Of a stretch of DNA of 57,405 bases, positions 45,392-55,917 are shown piece after piece. Numbering within the stretch: position 1 is the stretch's first letter; each line of letters begins with the position of its first letter. Under the pieces are notes generated by a model. The model saw only the letters and a list, made by a program, of their open reading frames with translations. It was not told where the DNA came from and did no database searches. Position numbers and translations under genes: made by a program. The DNA is from a virus (taxonomy: Duplodnaviria > Caudoviricetes), in the IMG/VR virus record IMGVR_UViG_3300036834_000217, positions 1-57,405 of that record, one strand, 5' to 3'.

Positions 45392-45724
45392 ATGTCGCGC
45401 GGGAAGAACCGGGGACCGACCCGCCTGGTCCCTCCGCCGCCGCTGGATCCCCAGACCGCCCGCCTGCGCGCAGCTCGATTGGAGCGAGACGCCGCGCTCC
45501 CGAAGCACGTGCGCCTCGACTCCCATCACCGCGTATTCGGCCTGGAGGACGAGATCCCGTTCGGGAAGCACAAGGGGATGACGATCGAGATGATCCTCGA
45601 CGTCGAGCCCAGCTACGTCACCTGGCTCCTGGAGTACACGGACTTCGAGTTGGGCCCCGACGCCGAGGCTGAGTACCACGCCCGGCAGGATATGAGGGAT
45701 CCCCGCGGGGCGTGGGTGGATTAG
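45392..45724 (+). CDS. Hypothetical protein with a 'PFGKHKG...P.Y..W' (exonuclease X C-terminal/DUF3820-like) motif
   Basis: IPFGKHKGMTI....EPSYVTWL. Confidence 0.55.
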   Translation: MSRGKNRGPTRLVPPPPLDPQTARLRAARLERDAALPKHVRLDSHHRVFGLEDEIPFGKHKGMTIEMILDVEPSYVTWLLEYTDFELGPDAEAEYHARQDMRDPRGAWVD

Positions 45725-45990
45725 AGCTGGAGTAGGCAGACGACGAGCGCGGCTAGTGTAATACTCGTGACGACGCCCACGATGACGATGATAATGCCCA
45801 AGCGGAAGCTAGAGGTCTCGTCGTAGGTCTCGGCGTCGGTGTAACCCCAGTCCCAGAAGAATCCGAACTCGCTGTCCGATGGGTCAGGGTTGTCGGTTAT
45901 CGCCCTCCCGCGCGCGAATGCGATGCTGCCCTCCAGGTACTTCTGGCAAGCCCAGCGCGGCCACTTCTCGATTGGGTCAGAGATGGACAT
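45721..45990 (-). CDS. Small protein with an Rmf-like motif and a C-terminal TM helix
   Basis: 'EG..AF..G.....NP.......W..GY' followed by a hydrophobic helix. Confidence 0.5.
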   Translation of the reverse strand: MSISDPIEKWPRWACQKYLEGSIAFARGRAITDNPDPSDSEFGFFWDWGYTDAETYDETSSFRLGIIIVIVGVVTSITLAALVVCLLQL

Positions 45991-46002
45991 CCCCTATTCT
46001 CC

Positions 46003-47790
46003 TCAGAATGGAATTTCGGACTCTACGACGTCGTCGGCTGCTTGACCTCGACCCCATTGGGTCGGTGCCGCGTCCAGGTACGGGCTCACCTTCCACTCCA
46101 CTGGCAGCGGCTTCGGCATCTCGACGGGAGCCACCGGCCTGTCTACCGCGGCGGAGATCGTCTCCTGCTTGTCGATGGTCATGTTGGCCATGTAGCTGTC
46201 GATGCTGTCCACGAATACCAAGAATTGGACTAGGACGCTGCCGAGCTGCCCGATGCGGTGGAGACGGTCCTCGGCCTGGGCCATGTTCCCCGGTACCCAG
46301 TCCATCTCTGCGAAGATCGCCAGCTGAGCGGCGGTCAGGGTAAGTCCCACACCCGCCGCCTGTATCGACCCGATGAATACCCGGCAGTCCGGGTCGAGCT
46401 GGAATCGGTCGACCTCGGCCTGCCGCGCGTCCGGCCTGGTCTCGCCGGTGACCACCGCGGCGTTGTTGAACTCCCGGGCCAGGGCGTGTGCTACGTCGTG
46501 GTGGTGAATGAAGACGACGACCTTGTCGACGTTCTCCAGGCATCCCCGGACGTGCTCGACCACGTGGGGAATCTTGGCGACCGCGGTCGCGCGGCGCAGC
46601 TTCGACATCTCCTCGAACGATGCGCTCCTGCCGCCGAGCTGGCGCATGGCCGCCGCGAACGCTGCTAGGTCGTCCTCGCCCCGCCGCTTCGCCTCGCGAG
46701 CGGCCTCCTCCGCCCGGCGGAAGGCCACGCGCTCGCGTCTGACCATCTCGGTCGCCCCGTTGGCGGGGATCGCGATGATCTGTCGGCGCTTGGGGGGTAG
46801 CTCGCTCAGGACGTCGTCCTTCAGGCGACGGATCATGAACTTGGACCGCAGCTTGGTCTGCAGCTCCTCCAGGTTGCTGGCGCCGGAGAAGTCCCAGCCG
46901 TAGCCGTTGTGTTGAGCGTTCGTGTAGCGCATCATGAACTTGAAGTACGACCTCCCGAGGTCGTCCGGGTCGATCTCGTGGACCAGTGACCACAGCTCCT
47001 TGGGGCGGTTCACGATCGGCGTGCCGGTCGTGTATACCCGGCGCCTGGCCTTGATCGGGGTCTCCATTGGGGGTTGGATGTCCCGCAACTTCTCCAGCTT
47101 GGTCTGCCGACGTCGCCCGCCGTAGAGTGCCCGGACGCGGATCACGTCGGCGTGTGTCCCCTTGGCGCGGTGACACTCGTCCGCGACCAGCAGGTCCCAC
47201 TGGATTCGGTCGATCGCCTCCCGATGGCGCGGCAAGATGTCGTAGTTGATGATGACGACGTCCGCGTTCTCCGGGAAGTAGTCCCCGCTCGCTATGTCGA
47301 TCGACCGCTGTAGGACGAGCCACTTCGACAGCTCTCGCGCCCAGTTGATCTTGAGTGTTGCGGGGCAGACGACGAGGACGCGGCCGATCGAGGAGTCGGC
47401 GTTGATCAGGCCGGCGACCTGGATGGTCTTGCCCAGTCCCATCTCGTCGCCGAGCAGGGCGTCGCGGTGGTCTAGTAGGTAGGCGACGCCGGCCCGCTGG
47501 TATGGTAGGTAGGCGAGCCCATCGGGTGACGGCACGTCGATCGTCGCGTCGGTCGCGCGGCTCGCGGCCATGGCGGCGTTGAGCTGCTCGACGTGCTGCT
47601 GGGCCTGGGGCACCATGCTCGGGTCGAGCCGGGCCGCGACTACCGGGTCCCTGGTGTACCACAGCTTCTCCTTCGGGGAGAACCACCACCCGGCCTTCTT
47701 CACGACCTCCTTGGTCTCGTGGGAGAACTTGAAGCGGGCGAGCCAGCGCGCGCCCTCCTTGGTTATGAATATAGGATTGATCTGGGTCAT
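46003..47790 (-). CDS. SNF2-family (HARP/SMARCAL1-like) helicase
   Basis: 'PYQ..GV', 'DEMGLGKT', 'DECH', 'TGTP..NRP.EL', 'RRLK.DVL.ELP.K', 'G.GLTL', 'QAEDR.HRIGQ'. Confidence 0.92.
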   Translation of the reverse strand: MTQINPIFITKEGARWLARFKFSHETKEVVKKAGWWFSPKEKLWYTRDPVVAARLDPSMVPQAQQHVEQLNAAMAASRATDATIDVPSPDGLAYLPYQRAGVAYLLDHRDALLGDEMGLGKTIQVAGLINADSSIGRVLVVCPATLKINWARELSKWLVLQRSIDIASGDYFPENADVVIINYDILPRHREAIDRIQWDLLVADECHRAKGTHADVIRVRALYGGRRRQTKLEKLRDIQPPMETPIKARRRVYTTGTPIVNRPKELWSLVHEIDPDDLGRSYFKFMMRYTNAQHNGYGWDFSGASNLEELQTKLRSKFMIRRLKDDVLSELPPKRRQIIAIPANGATEMVRRERVAFRRAEEAAREAKRRGEDDLAAFAAAMRQLGGRSASFEEMSKLRRATAVAKIPHVVEHVRGCLENVDKVVVFIHHHDVAHALAREFNNAAVVTGETRPDARQAEVDRFQLDPDCRVFIGSIQAAGVGLTLTAAQLAIFAEMDWVPGNMAQAEDRLHRIGQLGSVLVQFLVFVDSIDSYMANMTIDKQETISAAVDRPVAPVEMPKPLPVEWKVSPYLDAAPTQWGRGQAADDVVESEIPF

Positions 47791-47791
47791 T

Positions 47792-48001
47792 TTATAGGAC
47801 TCCCCACCGCCGCGCGAAGTTCACGGCCGCTGCCCGCGATTTGAACTCGCGCGTCGCATCGATGCGCCTCTGTCCGTCGTGCGTTGCCCAGATGATGGTC
47901 CGGAAGAAGCGACGCGGCTCCTCCCCGAGCGCTCGGTGCCCGGGGTCGTTTACGCGCTCTATGGTGAGGCGCGCGTTCTCGTGGATCTTCGTGGTGCTCA
48001 T
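47792..48001 (-). CDS. Small hypothetical protein
   Basis: ATG 48001 downstream of the promoter at 48034-48062. Confidence 0.5.
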   Translation of the reverse strand: MSTTKIHENARLTIERVNDPGHRALGEEPRRFFRTIIWATHDGQRRIDATREFKSRAAAVNFARRWGVL

Positions 48002-48033
48002 CGGGATCTCTCGATCGGGATTATTGTGACGTG

Positions 48034-48062
48034 AATATGCGCGCTCTATCACTCACTCGCAA
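48034..48062 (-). promoter_or_regulatory. Sigma70-like promoter
   Basis: TTGCGA-N17-CATATT. Confidence 0.6.
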
Positions 48063-48284
48063 GCCCAAATTTGCGAAAAATCGCAAAAAAGTGGGATTAC
48101 TCCGTCCGGGGTGGCGAGGCGTCCTCTCCCCGCCGACGCTCGATCAGCTCCGCCGCCTTCCTCGGGCAGGTCGTCCTGCGGATCACACTTTCGAGCTCAC
48201 CGTTGGTGGCTGCTCGTAGCCCCTTCGCCAGTAGTTCAGTATCGACTTTGTCCCAGAACTCGTCGCGTTGCGATTGGATTATAA

Positions 48285-48698
48285 TCATTCCTCGTCCCTC
48301 AGGTGAAGTCCCAGATCGTCGAGTGCCTCGACGACCTCATTAAGTGACCTTCTCCCAAATTGCGGGATGCGAAGTAGGTCCCTCCTCGACCGCCCCACGA
48401 GGTCGCCGACTGTGTTGATGCCGTCGTTGTGTAGGCGGTTCGCTACCCTTACGGGTAGCTCTAGCTCGTCCACCGGACGTCCGCGGGCGATGGCGAAGTG
48501 CACATCCACTATTTCGGATTGCTGTATTCTGACTTCTTTTTTGAGCTTTCTCCAGCGCCTCTCGGCGGCTTGGTACTTGCGCCATAGGTCTACCTCGACC
48601 CACCCGGGCTCGAATAGTAAGCTGCCGATCCCCTCATGGGGTTCCATCTCGCCGTCCATGTAGTTCCAGTGTATTGCTACTGCTACCTTATCGGACAT
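48285..48698 (-). CDS. Stand-alone RNA polymerase alpha-CTD domain protein
   Basis: '[15 protein letters not shown]...[32 protein letters not shown]' closely follows the RpoA C-terminal domain. Confidence 0.85.
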   Translation of the reverse strand: MSDKVAVAIHWNYMDGEMEPHEGIGSLLFEPGWVEVDLWRKYQAAERRWRKLKKEVRIQQSEIVDVHFAIARGRPVDELELPVRVANRLHNDGINTVGDLVGRSRRDLLRIPQFGRRSLNEVVEALDDLGLHLRDEE

Positions 48699-48704
48699 TT
48701 TCTC

Positions 48705-48866
48705 TTAGCCTCCTATGATTTTGACGCACAGCGCGTCAGTTAGGTCTATGCACGGCACTTCTCCGTCCTGTAGCGGTCTGCGATCGGTGAGTCCGGCTCG
48801 CAGTAGGACCAGCGCGTCGATTCGATCTACTAGTCGATCGATTGCCCTGCTTAGATTCTTACTCAT
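48705..48866 (-). CDS. Small hypothetical protein
   Basis: GGAGG RBS, ATG 48866. Confidence 0.45.
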   Translation of the reverse strand: MSKNLSRAIDRLVDRIDALVLLRAGLTDRRPLQDGEVPCIDLTDALCVKIIGG

Positions 48867-48925
48867 CTCGGTTCCTCCCACTCCCAGAGATTGGAGAACT
48901 CGCGCTTGATCTTCTCGGCGTTCAC

Positions 48926-48954
48926 AATATGCGCCGCTTTGCGAAAAAGCGCAA
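48926..48954 (-). promoter_or_regulatory. Sigma70-like leftward promoter
   Basis: TTGCGC-tttttcgcaaagcggcg-CATATT; near copy of 9918-9946. Confidence 0.65.
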
Positions 48955-48990
48955 GATCTTTTTACGATATTTCGCAAAAATTCTGCGATC

Positions 48991-49019
48991 TTGCAAGACG
49001 CGACTAAGTCCCTTATCCT
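48991..49019 (+). promoter_or_regulatory. Rightward promoter upstream of the NusG paralog
   Basis: TTGCAA-N17-TATCCT. Confidence 0.5.
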
Positions 49020-49072
49020 GGCGGGAGATTTCGCGTCGACTTCCTTTGCTCTCCTGCCCAGGGAACCCGAGA

Positions 49073-49618
49073 TTGGGACCACAGGGGGATGCGGTAGCTT
49101 CCGCTGCTGAGACTATCGCTCATGATGGGTCTAGGTGGTCAGTAGTCCTCACCTACGGGGGCTGCGAGCGCAAGGCTGTCGAGAACCTGCGCCGCCAGCA
49201 CTATGACGCGTTCTGTCCCCTCGTCGCCCGCCCTAGCAAGTCCGACCTGGCACACCTGGTCGAGTCTCCTCTCTTCCCGTGCTACGCATTCGTGGGCATC
49301 TCCCCGGACCAGGGGTGGCGCAGCATCAACAGCACGTACGGCGTCGTCCGCCTCCTGACCGACCGAAGCCGGGTTGACCCGCGTCCCCTGTACGTGGACG
49401 ACGGCAAGATCGAGGAGATCATGGCACTGTCCAGGTCCGCCGAGAACCCGCTCCCCGTCGGCACGGTGGTCAGGGTGCGCCGGCGGGGCAATCCCTTCTG
49501 CGACATGATCGGTACGATCGTGGGGATGGATAGAGTGGCCCGCGTCTCGGTCCTGATGAGCATGTTTAATCGCGACGTGGTCGTCGAATTCGTCGTCTCC
49601 GAGCTGGAGAAGCTGTAG
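49073..49618 (+). CDS. NusG/RfaH-family antitermination factor (start uncertain)
   Basis: 'W.VV.T..G.E.KA.ENL.RQ....FCP', 'PLFP.Y.FV', 'I.ST.GV..L', KOW-like 'G..VRV..G.PF....G' and 'RV.VL..MF.R'. Confidence 0.85.
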   Translation: MGPQGDAVASAAETIAHDGSRWSVVLTYGGCERKAVENLRRQHYDAFCPLVARPSKSDLAHLVESPLFPCYAFVGISPDQGWRSINSTYGVVRLLTDRSRVDPRPLYVDDGKIEEIMALSRSAENPLPVGTVVRVRRRGNPFCDMIGTIVGMDRVARVSVLMSMFNRDVVVEFVVSELEKL

Positions 49619-49630
49619 GACATCCATCTA

Positions 49631-52600
49631 ATGAATAGGTTGCTGGGGGCAATCCTCGCCCTCGCGCTCGTCCTCGTCCTCGCCCCGGAGGCTCGCGCGC
49701 AGCTCGTCAGCATCGCCGGGTGGAGGCAGCAGACCCTCCCCTGCGCGACGGACGTCTTCATCCCGGTCGTCCCGAGTGGCAGCGCGGTGCTCTCCGAGTA
49801 CCTGCCGTGCGCCGTATTCCTGACGTCTAACTCGCTCGGCGCTACCGCGCCTGGCTCACCTACGCGGTACCTGGGACTCGACGCGAGCAACAGCCTGGTG
49901 ACCGGGACCCCGTCCGGCGGCGGAGGCGGAGGCGGAGGCGTGTCGGGACCGGTCTCCTCTATTAATCTGTTCGTTCCCCAGTGGAGCGGGACGACCGGGA
50001 CGCTCCTCGGTCCCGGGCTTCAGGTGAGCCAGTCTGGGGGTGTCGGTAACGCGATCGTCGAGTCCATGGTAAGTGGCTTCATCTCTAACTCGTGGATCTC
50101 GGGTCTGCCCAACGCAAACCTGGCTAACTCGACGATTGCGGTGTCGGTCCCGTCTTGGCTGGTCGCGAGCGGCACCCCGGCGCCGCTCGGTGGCTCCGTA
50201 GTGATCTCCGGTGCCTCGCTCCTATCCAACCAATTCCTTGCTACTCCCAACGGCTCCGCCGGAGTGCTGTCGCCCCGAGTCATCGTCCCAGCCGACCTGC
50301 CGCTGGGATCGAGTTCCCAGTTCGGCGCCCTGGAGTGCGGGGTGGGAACGTTATGTAACGCCGGCGTGATGTCAGTAGCCCTGCCGACCGGGTCCAATTC
50401 CCAGCTAGGTATCCTGGAGTGTGGCGCCAGTGTGTCATGCTCCGCCGGCGTGATTAGCCTGCCGGCGGTTAGCAACGCCCAGTTTCTTGGCTGGGGTACC
50501 GGCTCAGGGTCCGGCACCGCGGGCGCCGTCTCCATCGCCGCCGGTGCCGGCATAACCTTCACATGCTCCGGCGCGACGTGCACCGTCGCGACCTCCGGGA
50601 TCATGGGCCCCGGCTCCTCCACCAACCTGTTCGTGCCCCAGTGGAATGGTGCTACGGGGACGATCTTGAGCGCCGGTCTCCCGGTCAGCACGACCGGGGC
50701 GTCCTCCGCGATCGTCGAGTCTACGTCCGGTGGGACCATCTCCAATTCGCTGATCTCCGGGCTTCCCAATGCTAACCTGGCCAACTCGACGATAACCCTG
50801 GCGGTACCCAGCTGGCTCCAAGTCAGCGGGAGTCCGGTCTCGCTGGGTGGTACGATGCTGATATCCGGGACCAGCCAGACGGCGAATCAGTTCGTGGCTA
50901 CGCCCAACGGCTCCGCCGGAGCCGTCGCGCTCCGCACCATAGTGCCCGCCGACCTGCCGCTGGGATCGAGTTCCCAGTTCGGCGCCCTGGAGTGCGGCTC
51001 CGGGACGACGTGTACCGCCGGCGTGATAACCGTCTCCGGTAGTGGACTGCCGACGGTCAATAACCAGCAGTTCCTGGGCTATGGCGGGGGGTCGGGCTCG
51101 GGTACGGCCCAGGCCGTCACGCTCGCCGCCGGCACTGGGGTAACGATCACCTGCTCGGCCCAGACTTGTACCGTCGGCGCGTCGGGCAGCGGCGGCGTGT
51201 CGGGGCCGGGCTCCTCTGTCAATAACGACGTCGTGGCGTGGAGCGGCACGGCCGGAGCGGCACTCAAGGACACCAATATTCTCTACACGAACCTGGCTAC
51301 GCTCACCGGCCCGAACGTATTTACCGGAGTGAATACTCTCTCGTCCGGCAACGAGCGCATCCTCGGTACCTCGACTGGCTATACGGCGCTCGCCTCGGCG
51401 AATACGTCGGCGTCCAACTTCACGATCACGTTCCCGGCGGCGACCGATACCGTGGACCTGATCGCCGCGGCGCAGGCTCTCAGTAACAAGACGTACAACG
51501 GTCTGACTATCACGGCTAACGGTACCAATACGCTGAACATAGCTGCCGGCAAGACCCTGACCGACACCTCTGCCGCCGGACCCGTCCTGCTCCTCGGGGC
51601 GACCGGCGGCGGATTCACCGGCTACGCAGGAACGTCGTGCACGAGCCAGGTTCTCACCGCTGTCAGCTCGGCTGGTCTCGGATCGTGCGCGAGCGTGGGA
51701 ACTGGTATGCTCACGACCGGGGCCGTTACCTACGCCAAGATCCAGAACGAGAACGCGAATACGGCACTCGGTAACTCGTCCGGTACCGCCGCCGCCCCGT
51801 CGGAGATCGCGCTCGGGACCACCGGTAACTCGACGATCGTCCTAACCGACAGCAGTGGCAACATGAAGGCCCCGGTCAATACGACGACGGGGACGTTCAG
51901 CGGGGCGATTACGGCGGTCGGTGGTAGCCTGACGGCCCTGACGGCGCTCTCGCTGCGCGACACGAGCGCGGCATTCAACTTGACGCTGGCCGCGACCTCC
52001 TCGACGGCCCTGACGGTAGCTCGTACCCTGGCGCTCGACGTGGTTAACGGATCTCGCACGCTTAAGCTCGGCGCTAACCTGACGCTTGCGACCGACCCCG
52101 GTGCTGTCACCGGCGCGCTGAAATCCGACGGTGCTGGTACCTTCTCCCAGGCATCTTGCGCGGACCTGATCAACTGCCCCTCGCTGACCGCGACCGACGG
52201 CACGCACAGCGTCGCCAATGCGACGTCGCTCGCCTTCGGCAACGGCTTCATCGTGGGCGGGACGAGTCCCTCGGCGACGGTCAACTCGACGGTCCCAGAC
52301 AATACCAAGACGACGAGCTATACGGTCGCGGCCCCCGACATGCAGGGCGCGCTGAACCTGGCCGGCACTACTGGCACACCAGTCCTGACTCTCCCAGCTG
52401 CCAGCGCGACGATCTTCGCGCCGGGAATGCCCCTGTCGATCGTCGTTACCGGCACGGTGCCGTGGACGATCACGAACTCCACCGGTCTGACGATGACCGG
52501 CCTCAACTCTACGTCCCTGCCTCCGGGATCGAGCGGAGACATCGTCGCCAACGCGAACGGGACCGGACTCGACTTCTTTCCCGGTACCCAGCCTCCTACG

Positions 52601-52732
52601 TCGACGGCGATCGGCGCCGTCCGCGGCGACGGGAAGTCGCTCGTGGTCAGCGCGGCTGGGGTAATAGGCACATCGCCCGCCACGCAGGCAGCCGTCGCTG
52701 TCTCTGCCTACGGCGTCGCAGGAGGGATCTGA
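49631..52732 (+). CDS. Large Gly/Ser/Thr-rich fibre-like protein with a signal-peptide-like N-terminus and a ~219-aa tandem duplication
   Basis: MNRLLGAILALALVLVLAPEARA-Q; repeated 'LPNANLANSTI', 'PADLPLGSSSQFGALECG'; exact 50-bp repeat at 50291-50340 / 50948-50997. Confidence 0.7.
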   Translation: MNRLLGAILALALVLVLAPEARAQLVSIAGWRQQTLPCATDVFIPVVPSGSAVLSEYLPCAVFLTSNSLGATAPGSPTRYLGLDASNSLVTGTPSGGGGGGGGVSGPVSSINLFVPQWSGTTGTLLGPGLQVSQSGGVGNAIVESMVSGFISNSWISGLPNANLANSTIAVSVPSWLVASGTPAPLGGSVVISGASLLSNQFLATPNGSAGVLSPRVIVPADLPLGSSSQFGALECGVGTLCNAGVMSVALPTGSNSQLGILECGASVSCSAGVISLPAVSNAQFLGWGTGSGSGTAGAVSIAAGAGITFTCSGATCTVATSGIMGPGSSTNLFVPQWNGATGTILSAGLPVSTTGASSAIVESTSGGTISNSLISGLPNANLANSTITLAVPSWLQVSGSPVSLGGTMLISGTSQTANQFVATPNGSAGAVALRTIVPADLPLGSSSQFGALECGSGTTCTAGVITVSGSGLPTVNNQQFLGYGGGSGSGTAQAVTLAAGTGVTITCSAQTCTVGASGSGGVSGPGSSVNNDVVAWSGTAGAALKDTNILYTNLATLTGPNVFTGVNTLSSGNERILGTSTGYTALASANTSASNFTITFPAATDTVDLIAAAQALSNKTYNGLTITANGTNTLNIAAGKTLTDTSAAGPVLLLGATGGGFTGYAGTSCTSQVLTAVSSAGLGSCASVGTGMLTTGAVTYAKIQNENANTALGNSSGTAAAPSEIALGTTGNSTIVLTDSSGNMKAPVNTTTGTFSGAITAVGGSLTALTALSLRDTSAAFNLTLAATSSTALTVARTLALDVVNGSRTLKLGANLTLATDPGAVTGALKSDGAGTFSQASCADLINCPSLTATDGTHSVANATSLAFGNGFIVGGTSPSATVNSTVPDNTKTTSYTVAAPDMQGALNLAGTTGTPVLTLPAASATIFAPGMPLSIVVTGTVPWTITNSTGLTMTGLNSTSLPPGSSGDIVANANGTGLDFFPGTQPPTSTAIGAVRGDGKSLVVSAAGVIGTSPATQAAVAVSAYGVAGGI

Positions 52733-52736
52733 AACG

Positions 52737-53267
52737 ATGCAACGCTCGACTAGAATCGTCGCCGCCCTGGGTCTTGTCATATTTCTTGTCACTGCCGACG
52801 CCGACTCCGCCGTGACACCCAACTCGCCGGTGTACCCCCAGCAGATTCGCTCGCCGGCCGCGCAGATCCTCCCGGGCTCCGGGACTACGGCGCAGCAGAT
52901 CGTCACGCCCGGGACGAACGTCGGCCAGAACGGGACGAAGGTGATCGGCATTACCTGCTCGAACACCGATACGGTGGCAGGTTACGCGATCCAACTCATA
53001 AAGACTCGCTCCTCCACCTCCTACATCATCAATACGGTGTGGGTCCCACCTAGCGCCGGCTTCTCGGCCTCCGCCTCGGCCTATGTCCCACCGGTGAGTC
53101 TGATGCCGCCGTCGACCTTCGGCGACACAGCTGGTAACTCCTACGTCGTCGTCGAGGGGTCCTCTGAGGCGGCCCCCGCAAACAGCGATACCCTCAACAT
53201 CGCGTCGACGACGACGGTGAGTACCGGAAAGATCATCTCCTGCGTAGCAACGGCTTCGGACCTCTGA
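52737..53267 (+). CDS. Hypothetical beta-rich protein with a signal-peptide-like N-terminus
   Basis: IVAALGLVIFLVTADADS-AVTPNS. Confidence 0.65.
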   Translation: MQRSTRIVAALGLVIFLVTADADSAVTPNSPVYPQQIRSPAAQILPGSGTTAQQIVTPGTNVGQNGTKVIGITCSNTDTVAGYAIQLIKTRSSTSYIINTVWVPPSAGFSASASAYVPPVSLMPPSTFGDTAGNSYVVVEGSSEAAPANSDTLNIASTTTVSTGKIISCVATASDL

Positions 53268-53269
53268 TC

Positions 53270-54415
53270 ATGATGACCTGGGCTCGCTCTGCATTTCTGC
53301 TGCTGCTCCTCGCGCTGGCTCCGTGCCAGTCACTCGCGGAGTGGTCATCCCCGGGCGGCGACTCGGGAGTGCCGCCTCACCTACTGGGGAGGACCAACCA
53401 GTACTCCGGCCCAAATGCGGTGCCGGCACCGGCTGCCCCGCTCCCCGTGTCCAATGGCACGGTCTCCGTCCCGCCAGTTGGCGGGGTCTACTCGGTTCTC
53501 CTGACCGGTAACGTCACCCTCGGGTGCCCTCCTCTGCCCCGAGGCGCGATACTGGGGCAGAGCTATACGATCAAGCTCTACCAGGACGCCGTTGGATCGC
53601 GCACGGTGGCGCCGAGCGCGAGTTGCTACGTGCTCCCGACCGCCTCGTTCACAGGTAACCTCCTCAACACTGCTACTGCGCCCCGCTCGGAGGACGTGCT
53701 CGCGTGCCAGACGGCACCCAAGATGGGCGGAGGATGGGAGTTCGACTGCGGCTTCATCCAGAATTTGGTTCCGCCGGCGGCGTGGGCATTAGTCGCGCAC
53801 ACTTCGTCCGGCTCGACCAACAGCACCAGCATCACTACGTCGGCCATCAACGACGTCGGGGCCAATTTACTCGTCGTGCACGTCGCCTCGGGGGTATTAA
53901 GCCCCACCTATACGCTGAGTGATAGCTCCAGCAATAGTTGGGGCTCGACCCCCGCGCTGCACATCAACTCCGCTAATGGTGCCATAGACACGTGGTTCTT
54001 AGTCGCCCCGACGGTCACCTCGTCTCAGACCTTTACCGTGACCGGATCTGGTAACACGTATCCCTCGATCGTAGTGGAGTCATTCTCCGGCCCGTCGTCC
54101 CCCGTGATTACCCTCGATCGATCCTCCAGCGGCGCCACGTCGGGCGGCTTGCAGTCCAGCGTGCAGACCGGTTCTATCACTCCTACGGCTAACAATGAGC
54201 TAATCGTTACCTCTGTATCGCTGTCCAACAGCCAAGGCTCGACTCCAACCGTGGACAGCGGGATCACCCAATTAGATTATATGAATAATAACAGCACAAA
54301 TGAGGGCGTAGCGGCCGGCTACCTCATCCAGCCCGCCGCCGCCGCCATAAACCCGACTTGGACGTGGCCCACGCTCGATGATAGCGCAGCCAACATCCTA
54401 AGCTTCAAGCCTTGA
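53270..54415 (+). CDS. Hypothetical Ser/Thr-rich protein with a signal-peptide-like N-terminus
   Basis: AFLLLLLALAPCQSLA-E; 'LTGNVTL', 'QDA.GSRTV', 'TGSITPTANNELIV'. Confidence 0.65.
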   Translation: MMTWARSAFLLLLLALAPCQSLAEWSSPGGDSGVPPHLLGRTNQYSGPNAVPAPAAPLPVSNGTVSVPPVGGVYSVLLTGNVTLGCPPLPRGAILGQSYTIKLYQDAVGSRTVAPSASCYVLPTASFTGNLLNTATAPRSEDVLACQTAPKMGGGWEFDCGFIQNLVPPAAWALVAHTSSGSTNSTSITTSAINDVGANLLVVHVASGVLSPTYTLSDSSSNSWGSTPALHINSANGAIDTWFLVAPTVTSSQTFTVTGSGNTYPSIVVESFSGPSSPVITLDRSSSGATSGGLQSSVQTGSITPTANNELIVTSVSLSNSQGSTPTVDSGITQLDYMNNNSTNEGVAAGYLIQPAAAAINPTWTWPTLDDSAANILSFKP

Positions 54416-55917
54416 GGAGGTGGTCTCTCGTCTCGATCCTGATCGCACTGGTCCCGGCGGCCTGCGCGGCCCTCGCCGGTCCGTGGGGAGGTGGACTGCT
54501 CTTGTCGACGGGCAAGACGTCCTCGCCTCCGCCGGCGCAGACCATCGCCAGCATACGCCCGACCAGCTGCACATTTACGCAGGGTACCGCGGGCTCCTGC
54601 AATCTGACCATCGCGATGAGCCCGTCGTCCCCATCCTTTGCGACGGATGGTGGCACGCTGGCGCTCGTCTCCGCGAACGCGGCCTGCTCCGGTTCCAACG
54701 ACACGACCGACTTCGGGGTCGGCAACAGTCCCTACAGAATAACCTATAACGGTGCGGCCGCGGCTGGGTCCCACAATACCTGCGTCAGGGCGTCCGCGAG
54801 TGGCATCACGAGTGCCTTTCAGCAGATATCAGTCACGATAAACCCGACCGGCGGCGGCGTCGCCTGCGACATCGGACCGAACTATGTGGGCGCGATTCCC
54901 GGCCCCGCCGCCGCGATGGGATTCACGACGTGCCTCAACTTCGACTTTGCCTACACGGGGACGTTCACCAATCGCGTCGCCTTCCTAAACCACAACATCG
55001 TGACTGTGCCCGCCAATCAAACATACCAGTGGTCAAATCAAGCGTCTTGGCTCTACGAGGCCGGCGCAGGCAACGCCGCGCTGTGGGCCGGAGGCACATT
55101 CAACTCTGGTGCGTATCAGTTAGTGCAGGACGGCGGAACTCAGGTTCTCCTATCCCAGTGGACCCCCAACGACAATACTAGTCAGATCAACTCCCCGTTC
55201 TTTCCTCTAACCAACATGTTCCTGGAGGAGGAAGTACGGATCGATCCGAACGCTTATGTGAACGTAACGTCCACAGTAAACACCGAGATCATCGACGACT
55301 TCGGTTTCTTCGGCAACAAGCCGGGGGGAACTGCCGGGCTGGAGGTGGACGCCGGAACCAGTTGTCCGGCAGTGCCACCATCGACCGCAACAGCCTGGGC
55401 AAGCGGGGGCAACAATACTGCCTGTACCGGAAACGGCACATTTTATGTATCAGCAGACGGTACCACGTTTGTCGGACAGCCGTCTTATTTTCCGTGCTGC
55501 AACATAAATCCATCAGATGGTAGTTACCACGTCAATGCCATGCTGGTCGTCTCCAGTCGAACTAACAATACGATAGGAACTTGCGGCTACTACGATAGGC
55601 AGTGGGCTGACGGGAGGGGATTCGGCCCGTGCTGGGCGCCATGTCATACGTTCGGCGGTTGTGGTGATGCGTGCACGTTTGAGACCTCCGCGATCTGCTG
55701 GGAGAGCGGGACTACCGCCATAGGGACCTACGTGACCGGGGCGTCTTCGTCTAGCGGACCTGGCAGGCACTGGGTCAGGAGGATCACGATATGGACTTGC
55801 GCTGGCTGGAACACTCCGTCTTCGTCGGGAAACGGGTACACAGCCGACAATAGCTGCGACAGCGGCAGCAACGTCTTTAATGCTGTCGGCGGCAATCAAA
55901 GTGGGCCGTCGTATTAG
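54412..55917 (+). CDS. Cys-rich modular protein with a signal-peptide-like N-terminus (putative receptor-binding/adhesin)
   Basis: MRRWSLVSILIALVPAACAALA; N-terminal module shared with the next gene. Confidence 0.65.
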   Translation: MRRWSLVSILIALVPAACAALAGPWGGGLLLSTGKTSSPPPAQTIASIRPTSCTFTQGTAGSCNLTIAMSPSSPSFATDGGTLALVSANAACSGSNDTTDFGVGNSPYRITYNGAAAAGSHNTCVRASASGITSAFQQISVTINPTGGGVACDIGPNYVGAIPGPAAAMGFTTCLNFDFAYTGTFTNRVAFLNHNIVTVPANQTYQWSNQASWLYEAGAGNAALWAGGTFNSGAYQLVQDGGTQVLLSQWTPNDNTSQINSPFFPLTNMFLEEEVRIDPNAYVNVTSTVNTEIIDDFGFFGNKPGGTAGLEVDAGTSCPAVPPSTATAWASGGNNTACTGNGTFYVSADGTTFVGQPSYFPCCNINPSDGSYHVNAMLVVSSRTNNTIGTCGYYDRQWADGRGFGPCWAPCHTFGGCGDACTFETSAICWESGTTAIGTYVTGASSSSGPGRHWVRRITIWTCAGWNTPSSSGNGYTADNSCDSGSNVFNAVGGNQSGPSY

